Assembly: GCA_036676395.1 (NCBI GenBank)
Contig: JAKFCY010000003.1
Span: 224,001-288,000, forward strand
From: Bdellovibrio sp.
GTDB lineage: Bacteria > Bdellovibrionota > Bdellovibrionia > Bdellovibrionales > Bdellovibrionaceae
Length of the DNA: 64,000 nt
Direction: 5' to 3'
The position numbers were made by a program, and so were the translations under genes. Below the pieces are notes generated by a model, which did not search any database, was not told where the DNA came from, and worked only from the letters and a program-made list of their open reading frames with translations. Below are positions 48,312-58,311 of the stretch, piece by piece (position 1 is the first letter of the stretch; every line of letters starts with the position of its first letter).

Positions 48312-48858
48312 TTTTATTTTTGTATTTTTATTTTCAGTTTCAGCTTTTACGCAAACTAAAGTTTACACTTATCACAGCATCGGCATCGCGCAAATTCAGT
48401 TTCAGGAAGATCTAAAGCTTGAAAAAACTATTTCTCGCGATACAGATTTTGCAAATTACCGCGGCACCGTCATCCAAATTCAAAAGCAAAGTTCGATTCA
48501 GGGGCTTGGGTTTAGCATGGGGGCTCTGGTTGGAACAGGGCGCGCCGTAGCGGCAGGCTTTGGCGAAACTTTGACGTATACAGGTGGAACAAATTGGTTC
48601 TTACTCGGAATTACACCCAAAGGATATTACCGCTTAACTAAGCCAATATCTTTTGGACTTCAGGGCTTAGCTTTTTTTAAAAGCGTTAAATGGCCAGATC
48701 ATAATTCAATCGAGGCTACCGGAAAGCACAATTTTAATTTTGCTATTCTTGGCGATTTATCAATGCAGTTAACTGATGATATCGAATTCGTTCAAAGCGT
48801 AGGATCAATCAATGGCGATTCTACACTTTGGAAAATAGGTTTGAACTATCTATACTAA
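48235..48858 (+). CDS. Small outer-membrane beta-barrel (start uncertain)
   Basis: Amphipathic strands, ends IGLNYLY. Confidence 0.6.
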   Translation: MVNLFLREAQVKTAGCCNHNFTFHISFIFVFLFSVSAFTQTKVYTYHSIGIAQIQFQEDLKLEKTISRDTDFANYRGTVIQIQKQSSIQGLGFSMGALVGTGRAVAAGFGETLTYTGGTNWFLLGITPKGYYRLTKPISFGLQGLAFFKSVKWPDHNSIEATGKHNFNFAILGDLSMQLTDDIEFVQSVGSINGDSTLWKIGLNYLY

Positions 48859-49365
48859 TTATTTTTTTACTGGAGCCGCCGCAGATGCTGGCACGCCAAT
48901 CGGAATCACAACCTGGATTTTGACTTCATCTTCAACACCAACACCCATGTAATTGATATCGGTGATTTTAAAATCTGGTAAGTTTAAAGAAAAATCAGCC
49001 TGTAAATTTTTACCCACAATTTTGTAGGTTCCTTTGATTTCTTTTTCTTCGCCGTTAATTTTAATACGACCAATGCCTTTACCATTTTTACCTTTAGCGA
49101 TGCTTAAAATCGCTTCTGGATGTTTATCAGTGCGCAAATGTTTTTGCGTATGCTTATCACGCAGTTCGATCCCCGTTTTTAATGTGCGCAAATCAACTTT
49201 TATATTTTGTGCACTGACATCAGTTCCAGTAACTATGGCATTTCCTGAAATGCTTTCAGTTTTTGCTTTAAAGTTTCCCATAGGGTTCAAGACAACGTCT
49301 ACTGTGACCTGTGCCCATAGATTAAATGAAAATAGTAACGCTGTTATAAAAGTAATTTTATTCAT
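48859..49365 (-). CDS. YceI family protein
   Basis: LKTGIELRDKH..HL motif, signal peptide. Confidence 0.85.
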   Translation of the reverse strand: MNKITFITALLFSFNLWAQVTVDVVLNPMGNFKAKTESISGNAIVTGTDVSAQNIKVDLRTLKTGIELRDKHTQKHLRTDKHPEAILSIAKGKNGKGIGRIKINGEEKEIKGTYKIVGKNLQADFSLNLPDFKITDINYMGVGVEDEVKIQVVIPIGVPASAAAPVKK

Positions 49366-49385
49366 AGAAAAAGTATTTCCTGTAT

Positions 49386-50393
49386 TTATTGGATACTCAA
49401 GATCCAGGCTTCAACTGCCTGGACTTCTGATAGCGGAATTGCACCTGTGGTCGGCATATTTTTTGGACCACCTGCTGTTGATGAACCAGATAAGCGGTAA
49501 TAAAGTTTTGAATTTGATAAATCGCCGGCTGCGACCAGTTGTTTTTGGATGGCTTTTGAAGTTGTTAAAGCACGAAAGTCGCCATTGTTAGAACTGCTAT
49601 GACAAGATAAACAGCGAGCATTAATAACAGCAAACGCAGCTTGCGCTTCTGCAGTTTCAGATGCACCCCCGCTGCCAGTTCCAGTATCATCGACCACGGC
49701 GGGATCAAGAGCTACTGTTGAAAGATTATATTTTTGTGCTAAATAGCGCGACATCACATTTAGTTCTGCCGCATTTAAAGCCCGGGGATAAAAAATAACT
49801 TCTTTCACGCGATTCGTATCGTAATCAACAGATTTTGCCAATAATGAAAAATCTAAATTTGCACCGGTACTTATTGCTGTTGTTTTTTGTAAGTATCCAT
49901 CTACCAACACAATAGCATTACTAATTTTTGGCCCACTTGAAAATGCAACAATAGTTATTGGATTGAAACTTTTTGCGTTAAATTCGCTGATCGCATAATT
50001 TGAAGCATCACCAATTTGTGTTATTGATATTTTGCCGCCAGAAATACTTATAAGACTTTCTTCAGTGCCAGAACCCGAGTTAACTGAAACTATTTCTCCG
50101 TCGCTAGTATCTGTTACGACCGCAATCATCGACCAGTCAGTTGCAAAAGCCGGGGTATTATCAACCGAGACGTTCAAATCTTGTTGCCAGTAACTAATAT
50201 TATCAGAAGTTGTAAGTTGAGAAAGATACTGCAAATCAAGTTTTCTGGCGTAATCTAAAATAGTTTCTTGCGACATGATCTCTTCTTTGACGACGAAACC
50301 TTTACTGCAATTTTGAAATAAAAAAAGCAAGCAAGCCGAAATAACGGTCGCTACGAAAATTACATTTTTTCGACGTGCTTTAAATATTTTCAT
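49386..50393 (-). CDS. Lipoprotein with LamG-like middle region and C-terminal c-type cytochrome domain
   Basis: FQNC lipobox; CLSCH; SKLYYRL...MP (Met ligand)...WI. Confidence 0.75.
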   Translation of the reverse strand: MKIFKARRKNVIFVATVISACLLFLFQNCSKGFVVKEEIMSQETILDYARKLDLQYLSQLTTSDNISYWQQDLNVSVDNTPAFATDWSMIAVVTDTSDGEIVSVNSGSGTEESLISISGGKISITQIGDASNYAISEFNAKSFNPITIVAFSSGPKISNAIVLVDGYLQKTTAISTGANLDFSLLAKSVDYDTNRVKEVIFYPRALNAAELNVMSRYLAQKYNLSTVALDPAVVDDTGTGSGGASETAEAQAAFAVINARCLSCHSSSNNGDFRALTTSKAIQKQLVAAGDLSNSKLYYRLSGSSTAGGPKNMPTTGAIPLSEVQAVEAWILSIQ

Positions 50394-50544
50394 TTGTTTT
50401 AAAGATTCCCCTTTTAAAATATTAACTTTTTTCTACCTTGAAACCCTAGTGAATTTAAGAAAACGTCTAGATTTGAGATAGACCAAGGGTTGATACAGTC
50501 ATATGTGGTTGCCCGTGTGGTTGATTAAATTTAATCTGAAATCG

Positions 50545-51345
50545 GTGAAGAAAATTTACTTATTTCTCTTTATAATCACAACCTTAACAGTTTTTTCAGA
50601 ACTGGCTTTCGCGATGCAGGCCATTGTTGTTAAAGGTAACCGTGTTTTATTTTCTTTAGATAATTCAGAGGCTGCACAAATCAGTGTGAATAGTTTAGTG
50701 ATTGCCAATGATAAAACCGCCCAAGTTAAAATTATTCAAGTGCGTGGCGTACGTGCTGTGGGCCAAGTCATTAAAGGCTCTGCTAAAGTTAGTCAGAATT
50801 TTCGTATTTTATCTGGCGAAACTAAAAAAACTAATGCTCAGAGTGGTTTTTTTGCCGGACTTTCTTCGAACACCATGGATATCGCTTTAAGTTCAACAAC
50901 CACTCTGAAAATGCAGGGTTTAGGATTTAACTTAACGGGTTTTTATGACTATCCTTTCTTATCTGATTTTGTGTTACGTGGCATGGCCGGCTATGAAACA
51001 TTTAAAGCCACAGGTTCGTTATCAACTTGTCCTGGTGGTGAATGCTCTGTGAATTTAAATTATTTAACTGCTCATGGTTATGCACAGTACGATATTGCTA
51101 AGTACGATAAAGGCAGCCGCTTCTGGTTAGGATTAGGTGTTGGATTTTTATTTTTAACTTCTGGATCGAGCGAAATTATCAATACGGATTCGATGGCCAC
51201 TAATCAAATTTTTATCTTGGCCACTGGAATGGATGTCGCACTCGCGGGCGGCAAAGCTTTTCCAATTCAAATCGATTACTTTCTATACCCTGATGGCGAT
51301 ATCAAAACGCAACAGATTAATCTGCGTTTAGGCTATAAATTTTAG
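50545..51345 (+). CDS. Outer-membrane beta-barrel with N-terminal domain
   Basis: Signal peptide ending AFA; ends LRLGYKF; start uncertain. Confidence 0.7.
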   Translation: MKKIYLFLFIITTLTVFSELAFAMQAIVVKGNRVLFSLDNSEAAQISVNSLVIANDKTAQVKIIQVRGVRAVGQVIKGSAKVSQNFRILSGETKKTNAQSGFFAGLSSNTMDIALSSTTTLKMQGLGFNLTGFYDYPFLSDFVLRGMAGYETFKATGSLSTCPGGECSVNLNYLTAHGYAQYDIAKYDKGSRFWLGLGVGFLFLTSGSSEIINTDSMATNQIFILATGMDVALAGGKAFPIQIDYFLYPDGDIKTQQINLRLGYKF

Positions 51346-51438
51346 ACAGTTGTAAATGCTGTAACCAGCGATGTGTCTCATCTTGGGAATGTATTTCGCT
51401 AGGCTTTAGTATTACTAAGAATATGTCGTAACGTTTAT

Positions 51439-52992
51439 ATGGGGGATGAACGCATGCTTTCACTATTTAGTGTATTGCTGGTTTCGCTTATGGCTTTAAC
51501 AGCTCAGGCAAAACCGCTTACTGAAGCACAAGTATATCGACGTTGTTACGCCCAGCTTAGCCAAGTGGCTGTACCTATAAATGATGCGCGCTTAACTCAA
51601 ATTAATAATAAACAAATCACTGGCGCTCAAGCTTGTTCGCAGCTTTTAGCAGAAGCAGATTTTGATAGCCAGGGCCGTCTGCGCACGATTTCTCCGCTAA
51701 CAATTAAAATTGTAAAAACGTTCACTGATTTTCACCGTTCATGGTTTATTAATTCTCGCTTAGAACAATCTACCGATTATAATGCTGAACATGATTTAGC
51801 AACGATGGATGTTTTCGACGCCAGTGAGCCAGCACTTTTTATCACTCGCCAATTATTTTTACCAAATGCTCAGTACAAAAATATTTTACGTGGATCACAA
51901 GGTGTACAAGCTATCCGCCAAGAAGATCGCTCAATCAGCGCGATGTATAGTTTCTCGGCTGACATGACCGTTCCTAGTCGTGCTTACTATGGCAATAACC
52001 CTGGTATTCAGACAAACACTTTTACTTTCGCCCACACGAATGGAACTTTAACTCGCGGACCAACAGGGCGTCCGGCAGAAGAAATGGTGACACTTCCGAA
52101 AATGAACGTCGGCGATATCGTCGGAGTTCAAATGAACTCATTAGCACATATGATTCCTAATTTTTATTTGCGTCCGTTCACCAATCAAAATGCCAAGTTT
52201 TTTTACGGTGATGCTATTGATTACAATTTTGATATCTACAAAAACCGCGGCGGTGGTATTTTAGGATCATCAGCTTTCTTTTTAATGAACTCGGGTCATG
52301 GCAAAGGCCAAGTATTTAACGGTTCAACAAAAGTTCCAAGAGCTTGGACAAAAGCTTCGATGGAATCCCTTTTATGCTCGCCGTTTCCATCACTGCGCGA
52401 AAGTGATATTTCGCAATACGTAGTAGGTAATTCAAGTGCTCCATTTAGAAATTCATCAAGCTGTGTGCAATGTCACGCGACTCTTGATCCCTTTGCCTAT
52501 ACGGCAAGAAATCGTGTTGTCGGTAACGCCGATTTCGAAGTCGCTATTAAAGGAACAATGTTAGTCGGAAACTTTAAACCAACTATGGCTTCAGTCAGTG
52601 GTTGGCCAGCAGAACCCGTAGCCAATTTTCATCGCCAAGAACCAAAAGGGCGTCTGTATTATCGTTCGGCGACTGGTGCTTTAGTTGATCGTTCAGTAAA
52701 TAACGCCGAAGAATTAGGTCAGGCGATGTCTGACACTGAAGATTTTTATCAGTGCGCCGCTAAGCGCTATTTCGAATATTTTACCGGCATTAACGTATCG
52801 ATCTATGACCGCACTAATCCAGCTAACTCAGAATTAAATCGTAAATTAACTTCGATTGATAAATCAGATCGTAAATTTATCGAAAAGTTAGCTAAAGATT
52901 TACGTACAAGCCAGTCGCTACCTGCGATGGTTCGTCAAATTATTGCATCCGATTATTATAAATACCCGAATTACCGACCGGAGGAGAATTAA
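51439..52992 (+). CDS. Secreted DUF1585/DUF1588-like protein with CxxCH
   Basis: GGGILGS, CVQCHATLDP, FYQCAAKRYF, MVRQIIASDYY. Confidence 0.7.
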   Translation: MGDERMLSLFSVLLVSLMALTAQAKPLTEAQVYRRCYAQLSQVAVPINDARLTQINNKQITGAQACSQLLAEADFDSQGRLRTISPLTIKIVKTFTDFHRSWFINSRLEQSTDYNAEHDLATMDVFDASEPALFITRQLFLPNAQYKNILRGSQGVQAIRQEDRSISAMYSFSADMTVPSRAYYGNNPGIQTNTFTFAHTNGTLTRGPTGRPAEEMVTLPKMNVGDIVGVQMNSLAHMIPNFYLRPFTNQNAKFFYGDAIDYNFDIYKNRGGGILGSSAFFLMNSGHGKGQVFNGSTKVPRAWTKASMESLLCSPFPSLRESDISQYVVGNSSAPFRNSSSCVQCHATLDPFAYTARNRVVGNADFEVAIKGTMLVGNFKPTMASVSGWPAEPVANFHRQEPKGRLYYRSATGALVDRSVNNAEELGQAMSDTEDFYQCAAKRYFEYFTGINVSIYDRTNPANSELNRKLTSIDKSDRKFIEKLAKDLRTSQSLPAMVRQIIASDYYKYPNYRPEEN

Positions 52993-52993
52993 T

Positions 52994-54673
52994 ATGTATT
53001 CTCGACGACGTTTATTAACTCATCTTGGTATCGGGGGAGCTGGATTATTTCTGACTCCTTACGAAAGATTTGCAAATGGTCTCATCGATTCATTTATTAA
53101 AAAAGCTTACGCAGAAGAAGTAAATCAAGCTCCGTCACGTTATTATGTGAATGTGTTTTTTCCGGGTGGCCCGGCTCGTTTTGTTTTTGATCACTGGATG
53201 CGTACAAATAGCAATGATCCGGCAATGAATTTTAATCCAATGGTAGCCACGGCCTATACAAGTGCTGGTGGACGAGTCACCGGAACAGAATATAAAACCA
53301 TGAATTATAATGGTGTTTTAGTTCCACATTTATTCTCGCAATCTATTAATACCTCAAGCGGTTCAGTTAATTTAGCTGATATTTTACGTCATATGCTGGT
53401 GATGCGTGGTTTTGCTTCTGGTTTAGATGGTCATATTTTTAACTTAACAACACAAATGGCTCCGATCGGTGGTATTTCGTCGATGAGTGCATTAGGTGCT
53501 GATATTTCTAAACGCCCATTCGAAGTTGTGCAATTTCCGAATCGTGGCGGCTATCATAAGTTTGATTCACAAAAAGGAAAAGCCATTAACATTTTAGGTG
53601 GCGCTACGCCGCTTAAAACTTTATTTGAAGGTTTAATGCCGTCGGCTGGTGAATTACAAAGAGCTTCCAATTTAAAAGCCAGAAATATTGCCGCCTACGA
53701 GCGCGCACAATCCCAGTTAAAAGCTTTATCACAAGCGGATTCTACGGGTTCTAAAACTTTAAAAGCTTCATTAGAAAATGCACGTGTCTTACTAAAAAAA
53801 GGTGTAGGCGATATAGATTCTTATTGGAATGGAGCTGTCGCTCGTTACAGAAATATCGTCAACGCAGCTGTTAGAACTACAAATATTCCGGGCATTTCTG
53901 ATCAAGCCATTATTCCTGTAGCTAGCAATTTAAATTGGATTTATAACTTACGTGGTTCACAGCCTGATCTTCACCCAGATCAAGACTTGCGAAGCATGAT
54001 TCCGGGATTATCTATTGGTGGAATCGCAGAGAATTTAGCCCTAGCTGAATTTATGATTCGTGGCGAATATGCGTCAAGTGCCGAAGTGCATATGGATGCA
54101 GGTCTTAACGGGGTAACTTTAAAAAATGCTGCTGGTGCCATGGTATCTGGTTCGCACGAACCTGATATGCATACGACCGGATCAATGCCTGCATTATTAA
54201 TGATGAATTGTTTTTATCGCGGTGTTTTAGCCGGAGTTTTAGAACTAAAACAAAGTTTACAAGCGCAACAGACAAGCCTTGGCACAAATGCCTGGGAAGA
54301 AACTGTTATGCATTTCGTCGGTGATTTTACCCGCATTGCGCGTCTTGATGGCGCAGGCTCTGATCATGGCTTTCATCAATTAGGCACAAGCGTAATTTCA
54401 GGAGCTTTTGAAAACGGACCTTTTGTAACTGGTAATATTTTAAAAGGAGCTACTAGCGGTCACTACGGTGGAACCGTTGGAACGGCGACACAAATCGATG
54501 ATTACAATATCAAAGGCGCACCGGGACCGGTGTTTGCGTCTTCGCAAATCGCCGAACTATTACGTCTGCATGAAAATCCCTTTAGAAATTTAGCTAATCC
54601 AGTCGTTAAACTCGAAGGTTCTAATCTGAATTACGTCAGTTCGCAATTCAGAGGAAAGATTGTTGGGAGTTAA
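52994..54673 (+). CDS. Tat-exported DUF1501-like protein
   Basis: SRRRLL twin-arginine, FFPGG, DGH, DMH, ETVMHFVGDFTR, GSDHG. Confidence 0.75.
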   Translation: MYSRRRLLTHLGIGGAGLFLTPYERFANGLIDSFIKKAYAEEVNQAPSRYYVNVFFPGGPARFVFDHWMRTNSNDPAMNFNPMVATAYTSAGGRVTGTEYKTMNYNGVLVPHLFSQSINTSSGSVNLADILRHMLVMRGFASGLDGHIFNLTTQMAPIGGISSMSALGADISKRPFEVVQFPNRGGYHKFDSQKGKAINILGGATPLKTLFEGLMPSAGELQRASNLKARNIAAYERAQSQLKALSQADSTGSKTLKASLENARVLLKKGVGDIDSYWNGAVARYRNIVNAAVRTTNIPGISDQAIIPVASNLNWIYNLRGSQPDLHPDQDLRSMIPGLSIGGIAENLALAEFMIRGEYASSAEVHMDAGLNGVTLKNAAGAMVSGSHEPDMHTTGSMPALLMMNCFYRGVLAGVLELKQSLQAQQTSLGTNAWEETVMHFVGDFTRIARLDGAGSDHGFHQLGTSVISGAFENGPFVTGNILKGATSGHYGGTVGTATQIDDYNIKGAPGPVFASSQIAELLRLHENPFRNLANPVVKLEGSNLNYVSSQFRGKIVGS

Positions 54674-54674
54674 G

Positions 54675-55379
54675 ATGCGTCTGAAAAAAAGAACTCTTAA
54701 AATTGCCAGTATTCTTACGCTTTCTTTTATTTTCTTACCTTTGGCATTTACTAACTGCGGGGCTCAGCCATTTCAAATGGTGGATGTAACTAGTTTAATT
54801 CCCGGCGATGAACCCACTACTCCTATGCACCCACCGACTGAAAAAGCACAAGTTTCTACCCAAAAGCCTGTGATCGGTAATCGCCTCTATGCGGCAAGTG
54901 TGCTTCGTGATGTCTTTACAAATCAAAGTGGCGTTTTACTTCCGGGTTTAGAAGCCGAAATTAACAAATGGATTTTATCGCGCCTACCGCAATTTGGTGG
55001 CGGTTGTGATTTGTATTCATCAGCATCGGGCCGCGATTGTGGCGGCGATGGTTCAGGGGTAAATATTGCTCCGCGTGTAGATACAACAACGGTTCGTCAA
55101 ACTTACACCATTAAAATTTGTGAAAATGCGACAAGCCTTAATAATTCAATGAGCTATGTAATGTCGAGATTAGGAATTGCCCCAGGAACCGAACCTAGCG
55201 GAGCGAATATTTCGCAGTTATACCTGTTGTATTACCGAACTGATTACCCAGACCCAAATATTTTACAGCTCTTAGTGCAATTAAATTATGATTTAAAATC
55301 TAATGGTGAAAGCGTTGAAGAACGCTGGCGAGCGCTTACAAATTATATTTGTGAGCTATCGGATTGGCAAAACATCTAA
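54675..55379 (+). CDS. Putative lipoprotein
   Basis: AFTNC lipobox; same operon as DUF1501 gene. Confidence 0.7.
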   Translation: MRLKKRTLKIASILTLSFIFLPLAFTNCGAQPFQMVDVTSLIPGDEPTTPMHPPTEKAQVSTQKPVIGNRLYAASVLRDVFTNQSGVLLPGLEAEINKWILSRLPQFGGGCDLYSSASGRDCGGDGSGVNIAPRVDTTTVRQTYTIKICENATSLNNSMSYVMSRLGIAPGTEPSGANISQLYLLYYRTDYPDPNILQLLVQLNYDLKSNGESVEERWRALTNYICELSDWQNI

Positions 55380-55386
55380 GGTGTAA

Positions 55387-56556
55387 TTACACCTTAGCGT
55401 TCTTAAATGCTTGTTCTAAATCTTGTAAAAGATCATCTACGTCTTCTACACCAACTGATAAACGAATTAATGAATCATCAATTCCCAAAGCTTTGCGCTG
55501 TTCAGCGGGAACAGATGCATGAGTCATAATTGCAGGATGTTCGACTAACGACTCAACCCCGCCTAATGATTCTGCTAGGGCAAAAACTTCAACTGATTCT
55601 AAAAATTTACGAGCTGCCGTCATGCCGCCTTTGATAAAGAAAGTAATCATTCCGCCAAAACCGCTCATTTGTTCTTTTGCTAAAGCATGTTGTGGATGCG
55701 ATGCAAGACCCGGGTAAATGATTTTTTCTACTTGCGGATGTTTTTCTAAGAATTGAGCCACTTTAATTGCGTTTTCAGCATGAGCTTTCATACGTAATGG
55801 TAAAGTTTTAAGACTGCGTAATGCTAAGAAAGAATCAAAAGCGCCTTGAATTCCACCCATAGAATTAGTTAAAAATTGTAATCTTTCAGCGATCGCTTTG
55901 TCGCTCGTTACTGCAACTCCACCAACCACGTCACTGTGGCCACCAAGATATTTAGTTGCTGAGTGAACTACGATATTTGCACCTAATTCTAAAGGACGTT
56001 GAAAATACGGAGACATAAATGTGTTATCAACGACCACCAAAATATTTTTCGCCGCAGCAATTGCTGAGATTTTCTTAATATCAGCTAATTTTAGGGTTGG
56101 ATTTGTCGGTGTTTCGATCCAAATCATTTTTGTATTCGGTTTAAGAGCTTTTTCAACATTTTCAACCTTAGTTAAATCTGTGTATGAAAATTCTAGGCCG
56201 TGATGACGTAAAACTTTGTCAAATAAGCGAAAAGTGCCGCCGTACATGTCATCCATAGCGATGACATGATCGCCTGAAGTTAATAAATGCATCACTGTCG
56301 TTGTTGCCGCGCAGCCGCTAGAAAAAGCAAAACCGTATTTTCCTGATTCTAAACTTGCGATGCAATCTTCGTAAGCTTTGCGAGTTGGATTATGGGTGCG
56401 AGAGTATTCCCAACCTTTATGTACGCCCGGAGATTCTTGCACATAAGTTGAAGTTAAATACACCGGCGTCATAATCGCGCCAGTTGTTGGATCTGGAGAT
56501 TGGCCCGCATGAATAGCGCGCGTATTAAATTTTGTGTTTTTACTGTCTGTTTTCAT
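55387..56556 (-). CDS. Cystathionine gamma-lyase/synthase (PLP)
   Basis: YSRTHNPT, ETPTNP, DNTF, HSATKYLGGHSD, AESLGGVESL. Confidence 0.92.
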   Translation of the reverse strand: MKTDSKNTKFNTRAIHAGQSPDPTTGAIMTPVYLTSTYVQESPGVHKGWEYSRTHNPTRKAYEDCIASLESGKYGFAFSSGCAATTTVMHLLTSGDHVIAMDDMYGGTFRLFDKVLRHHGLEFSYTDLTKVENVEKALKPNTKMIWIETPTNPTLKLADIKKISAIAAAKNILVVVDNTFMSPYFQRPLELGANIVVHSATKYLGGHSDVVGGVAVTSDKAIAERLQFLTNSMGGIQGAFDSFLALRSLKTLPLRMKAHAENAIKVAQFLEKHPQVEKIIYPGLASHPQHALAKEQMSGFGGMITFFIKGGMTAARKFLESVEVFALAESLGGVESLVEHPAIMTHASVPAEQRKALGIDDSLIRLSVGVEDVDDLLQDLEQAFKNAKV

Positions 56557-56567
56557 AAATATCCTAA

Positions 56568-57614
56568 TTATGTGTATTGTTTTAAATGTTCTTCAGCTTT
56601 TACTTCAGTGTTGAATACGGCTTTTACTGAATCTGCATCCATTAAGCCATTTTCAATCATCCATTTGTCGTTAAATACTTTACTTAAGTACGCTTTTCCA
56701 GAATCTGGCATAAAAGCTACGATTTTTGATGGTTTATCTAATTTTTTCGAATACTCGATCGCACCCGCTAAAATTAATCCGCTTGATGGCCCAACACAAA
56801 GACCTTCTTCGATCACTAAACGACGAGTCAGCTGAAAAGCTTCTTTATCTGTTACTTTTACGCAATCATCATAAAGTTTTAATTTGCAGTTATCAGGAAG
56901 CATATCTTCGCCGACACCTTCAACCTTCCAAGGGCCAGGAGGATCAACAATTTTACCGTGGTAAAATAGATCGTAAATGATACTGCCTACCGGATCAGTC
57001 ACCAAAACTTTTACGTTTGGATTTTTTTCTTTTAAAAATTTACCAACACCAGAAATTGTGCCGCCGGTTCCTACGCCGCCGACAATACAATCGATTTGAC
57101 CTTTGGTTTGCTCCCAAAGTTCAGGCCCAGTTACATTATAATGATAATCGAAGTTATCCATATTGTGATACTGATTCGCATAGAAACAGTTTGGCGTGTT
57201 TTCAGCAATTTTTTTCGCTACCGAATAATGGCTTAATGGATGTTCAGGCTCTAATCCATTTGGAGTTAAAACGACTTTTGCGCCGTAAGCGCGAAGCATC
57301 GCTCTTTTTTCTTCGCTCATTTTTTCTGGAAGCACAAAAATACATTTGTAACCTTTAACCGCGGCCACAAGCGCTAAGCCCATACCTGTATTTCCGGCAG
57401 TGGCTTCAACAATTGTTCCGCCGGCTTTGATTTCGCCGCGTTTTTCTGCCGCCTCAACCATATATTTGGCGATTCTGTCTTTAATTGAGCCGCCTGGATT
57501 AAAATATTCAACTTTGGCGTAGAATTCATGTTTTGAATTGCTAACAACTTTGTTTAAACGCACTAACGGCGTGTTTCCGATTGTATCTAAGATGCTATTA
57601 GAGATTGATATCAT
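56568..57614 (-). CDS. Cystathionine beta-synthase / cysteine synthase family (PLP)
   Basis: IGNTPLV, NPGGSIKDR, GVGTGGT, VEGVG, PDSG..YLSKVFNDKWM. Confidence 0.9.
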   Translation of the reverse strand: MISISNSILDTIGNTPLVRLNKVVSNSKHEFYAKVEYFNPGGSIKDRIAKYMVEAAEKRGEIKAGGTIVEATAGNTGMGLALVAAVKGYKCIFVLPEKMSEEKRAMLRAYGAKVVLTPNGLEPEHPLSHYSVAKKIAENTPNCFYANQYHNMDNFDYHYNVTGPELWEQTKGQIDCIVGGVGTGGTISGVGKFLKEKNPNVKVLVTDPVGSIIYDLFYHGKIVDPPGPWKVEGVGEDMLPDNCKLKLYDDCVKVTDKEAFQLTRRLVIEEGLCVGPSSGLILAGAIEYSKKLDKPSKIVAFMPDSGKAYLSKVFNDKWMIENGLMDADSVKAVFNTEVKAEEHLKQYT

Positions 57615-57810
57615 GATTCGTCTTCTTTGTTTTAGAGTGTGCTTTATTATTTGAAATCATTCCCGAACCGAGCATAAAAGTCATAAGTTCGACTTGATCC
57701 CCGTTGTAGGGAATTTTTAGTCTTTCACATAACTGTTGGACTTTTTTGGATTGAACATTTTTTTTCGTCAATTCAGCTACTAGTTCTAGGCATAATTCAT
57801 TGTTTGTCAT
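57598..57810 (-). CDS. Hypothetical 70-aa protein
   Basis: Overlaps the start of the CBS-like gene. Confidence 0.55.
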   Translation of the reverse strand: MTNNELCLELVAELTKKNVQSKKVQQLCERLKIPYNGDQVELMTFMLGSGMISNNKAHSKTKKTNHDINL

Positions 57811-57873
57811 ACACCCGAAATTATCGTTTTACGGGCTGCAAAACAAGGTGAAAAACCTAGCCGGTCGCACCTT

Positions 57874-58311
57874 TTAAAAAGCCAGCTGGCTCAGAGTTGG
57901 AACTAACAGCAAAATGCAAATCGCCGGAAACACCAGAAAAATCAGGGGAATTTGCAACAGAAGCGGAAGTTTTGCCGCGTGTTCTTGAATATCGGCATCG
58001 CACATTTCAATAAAATCAGCCTCCAGAGCTTTTAACGGTTCGTAAATTGATTGTCCGCGCAGCCCATTTTCTAACAAAGTGATGATGGCTCTATGTTGTG
58101 CGTTAAAATGAGAAAGTTCGCTGACTTGAGTTTTCTGCCGTATTTGCCACCATTGTGCGAAATTTTTTGCGAATTGATCGTTCGAACTATAATGTTGCGT
58201 CATTCTTTGTGAAAATTTTTGTAAACCTTGTTGAAGCGACAGATTTTTTTCGATCGTGCGCTTAATTTCCCAAATTAAAAGTAAACTGCTCGGCAAATTT
58301 AGATTGTCCAT
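57874..58311 (-). CDS. TadC-like (T2SSF) membrane protein, short
   Basis: G.SIYEPL..L..D, AAKLPLLLQIPLIFLVFPA..LLLVP. Confidence 0.65.
   Translation of the reverse strand: MDNLNLPSSLLLIWEIKRTIEKNLSLQQGLQKFSQRMTQHYSSNDQFAKNFAQWWQIRQKTQVSELSHFNAQHRAIITLLENGLRGQSIYEPLKALEADFIEMCDADIQEHAAKLPLLLQIPLIFLVFPAICILLLVPTLSQLAF

Noticed and set aside
49034..49591. 185-aa plus-strand ORF
   Set aside because: Antisense to the well-supported YceI and cytochrome genes
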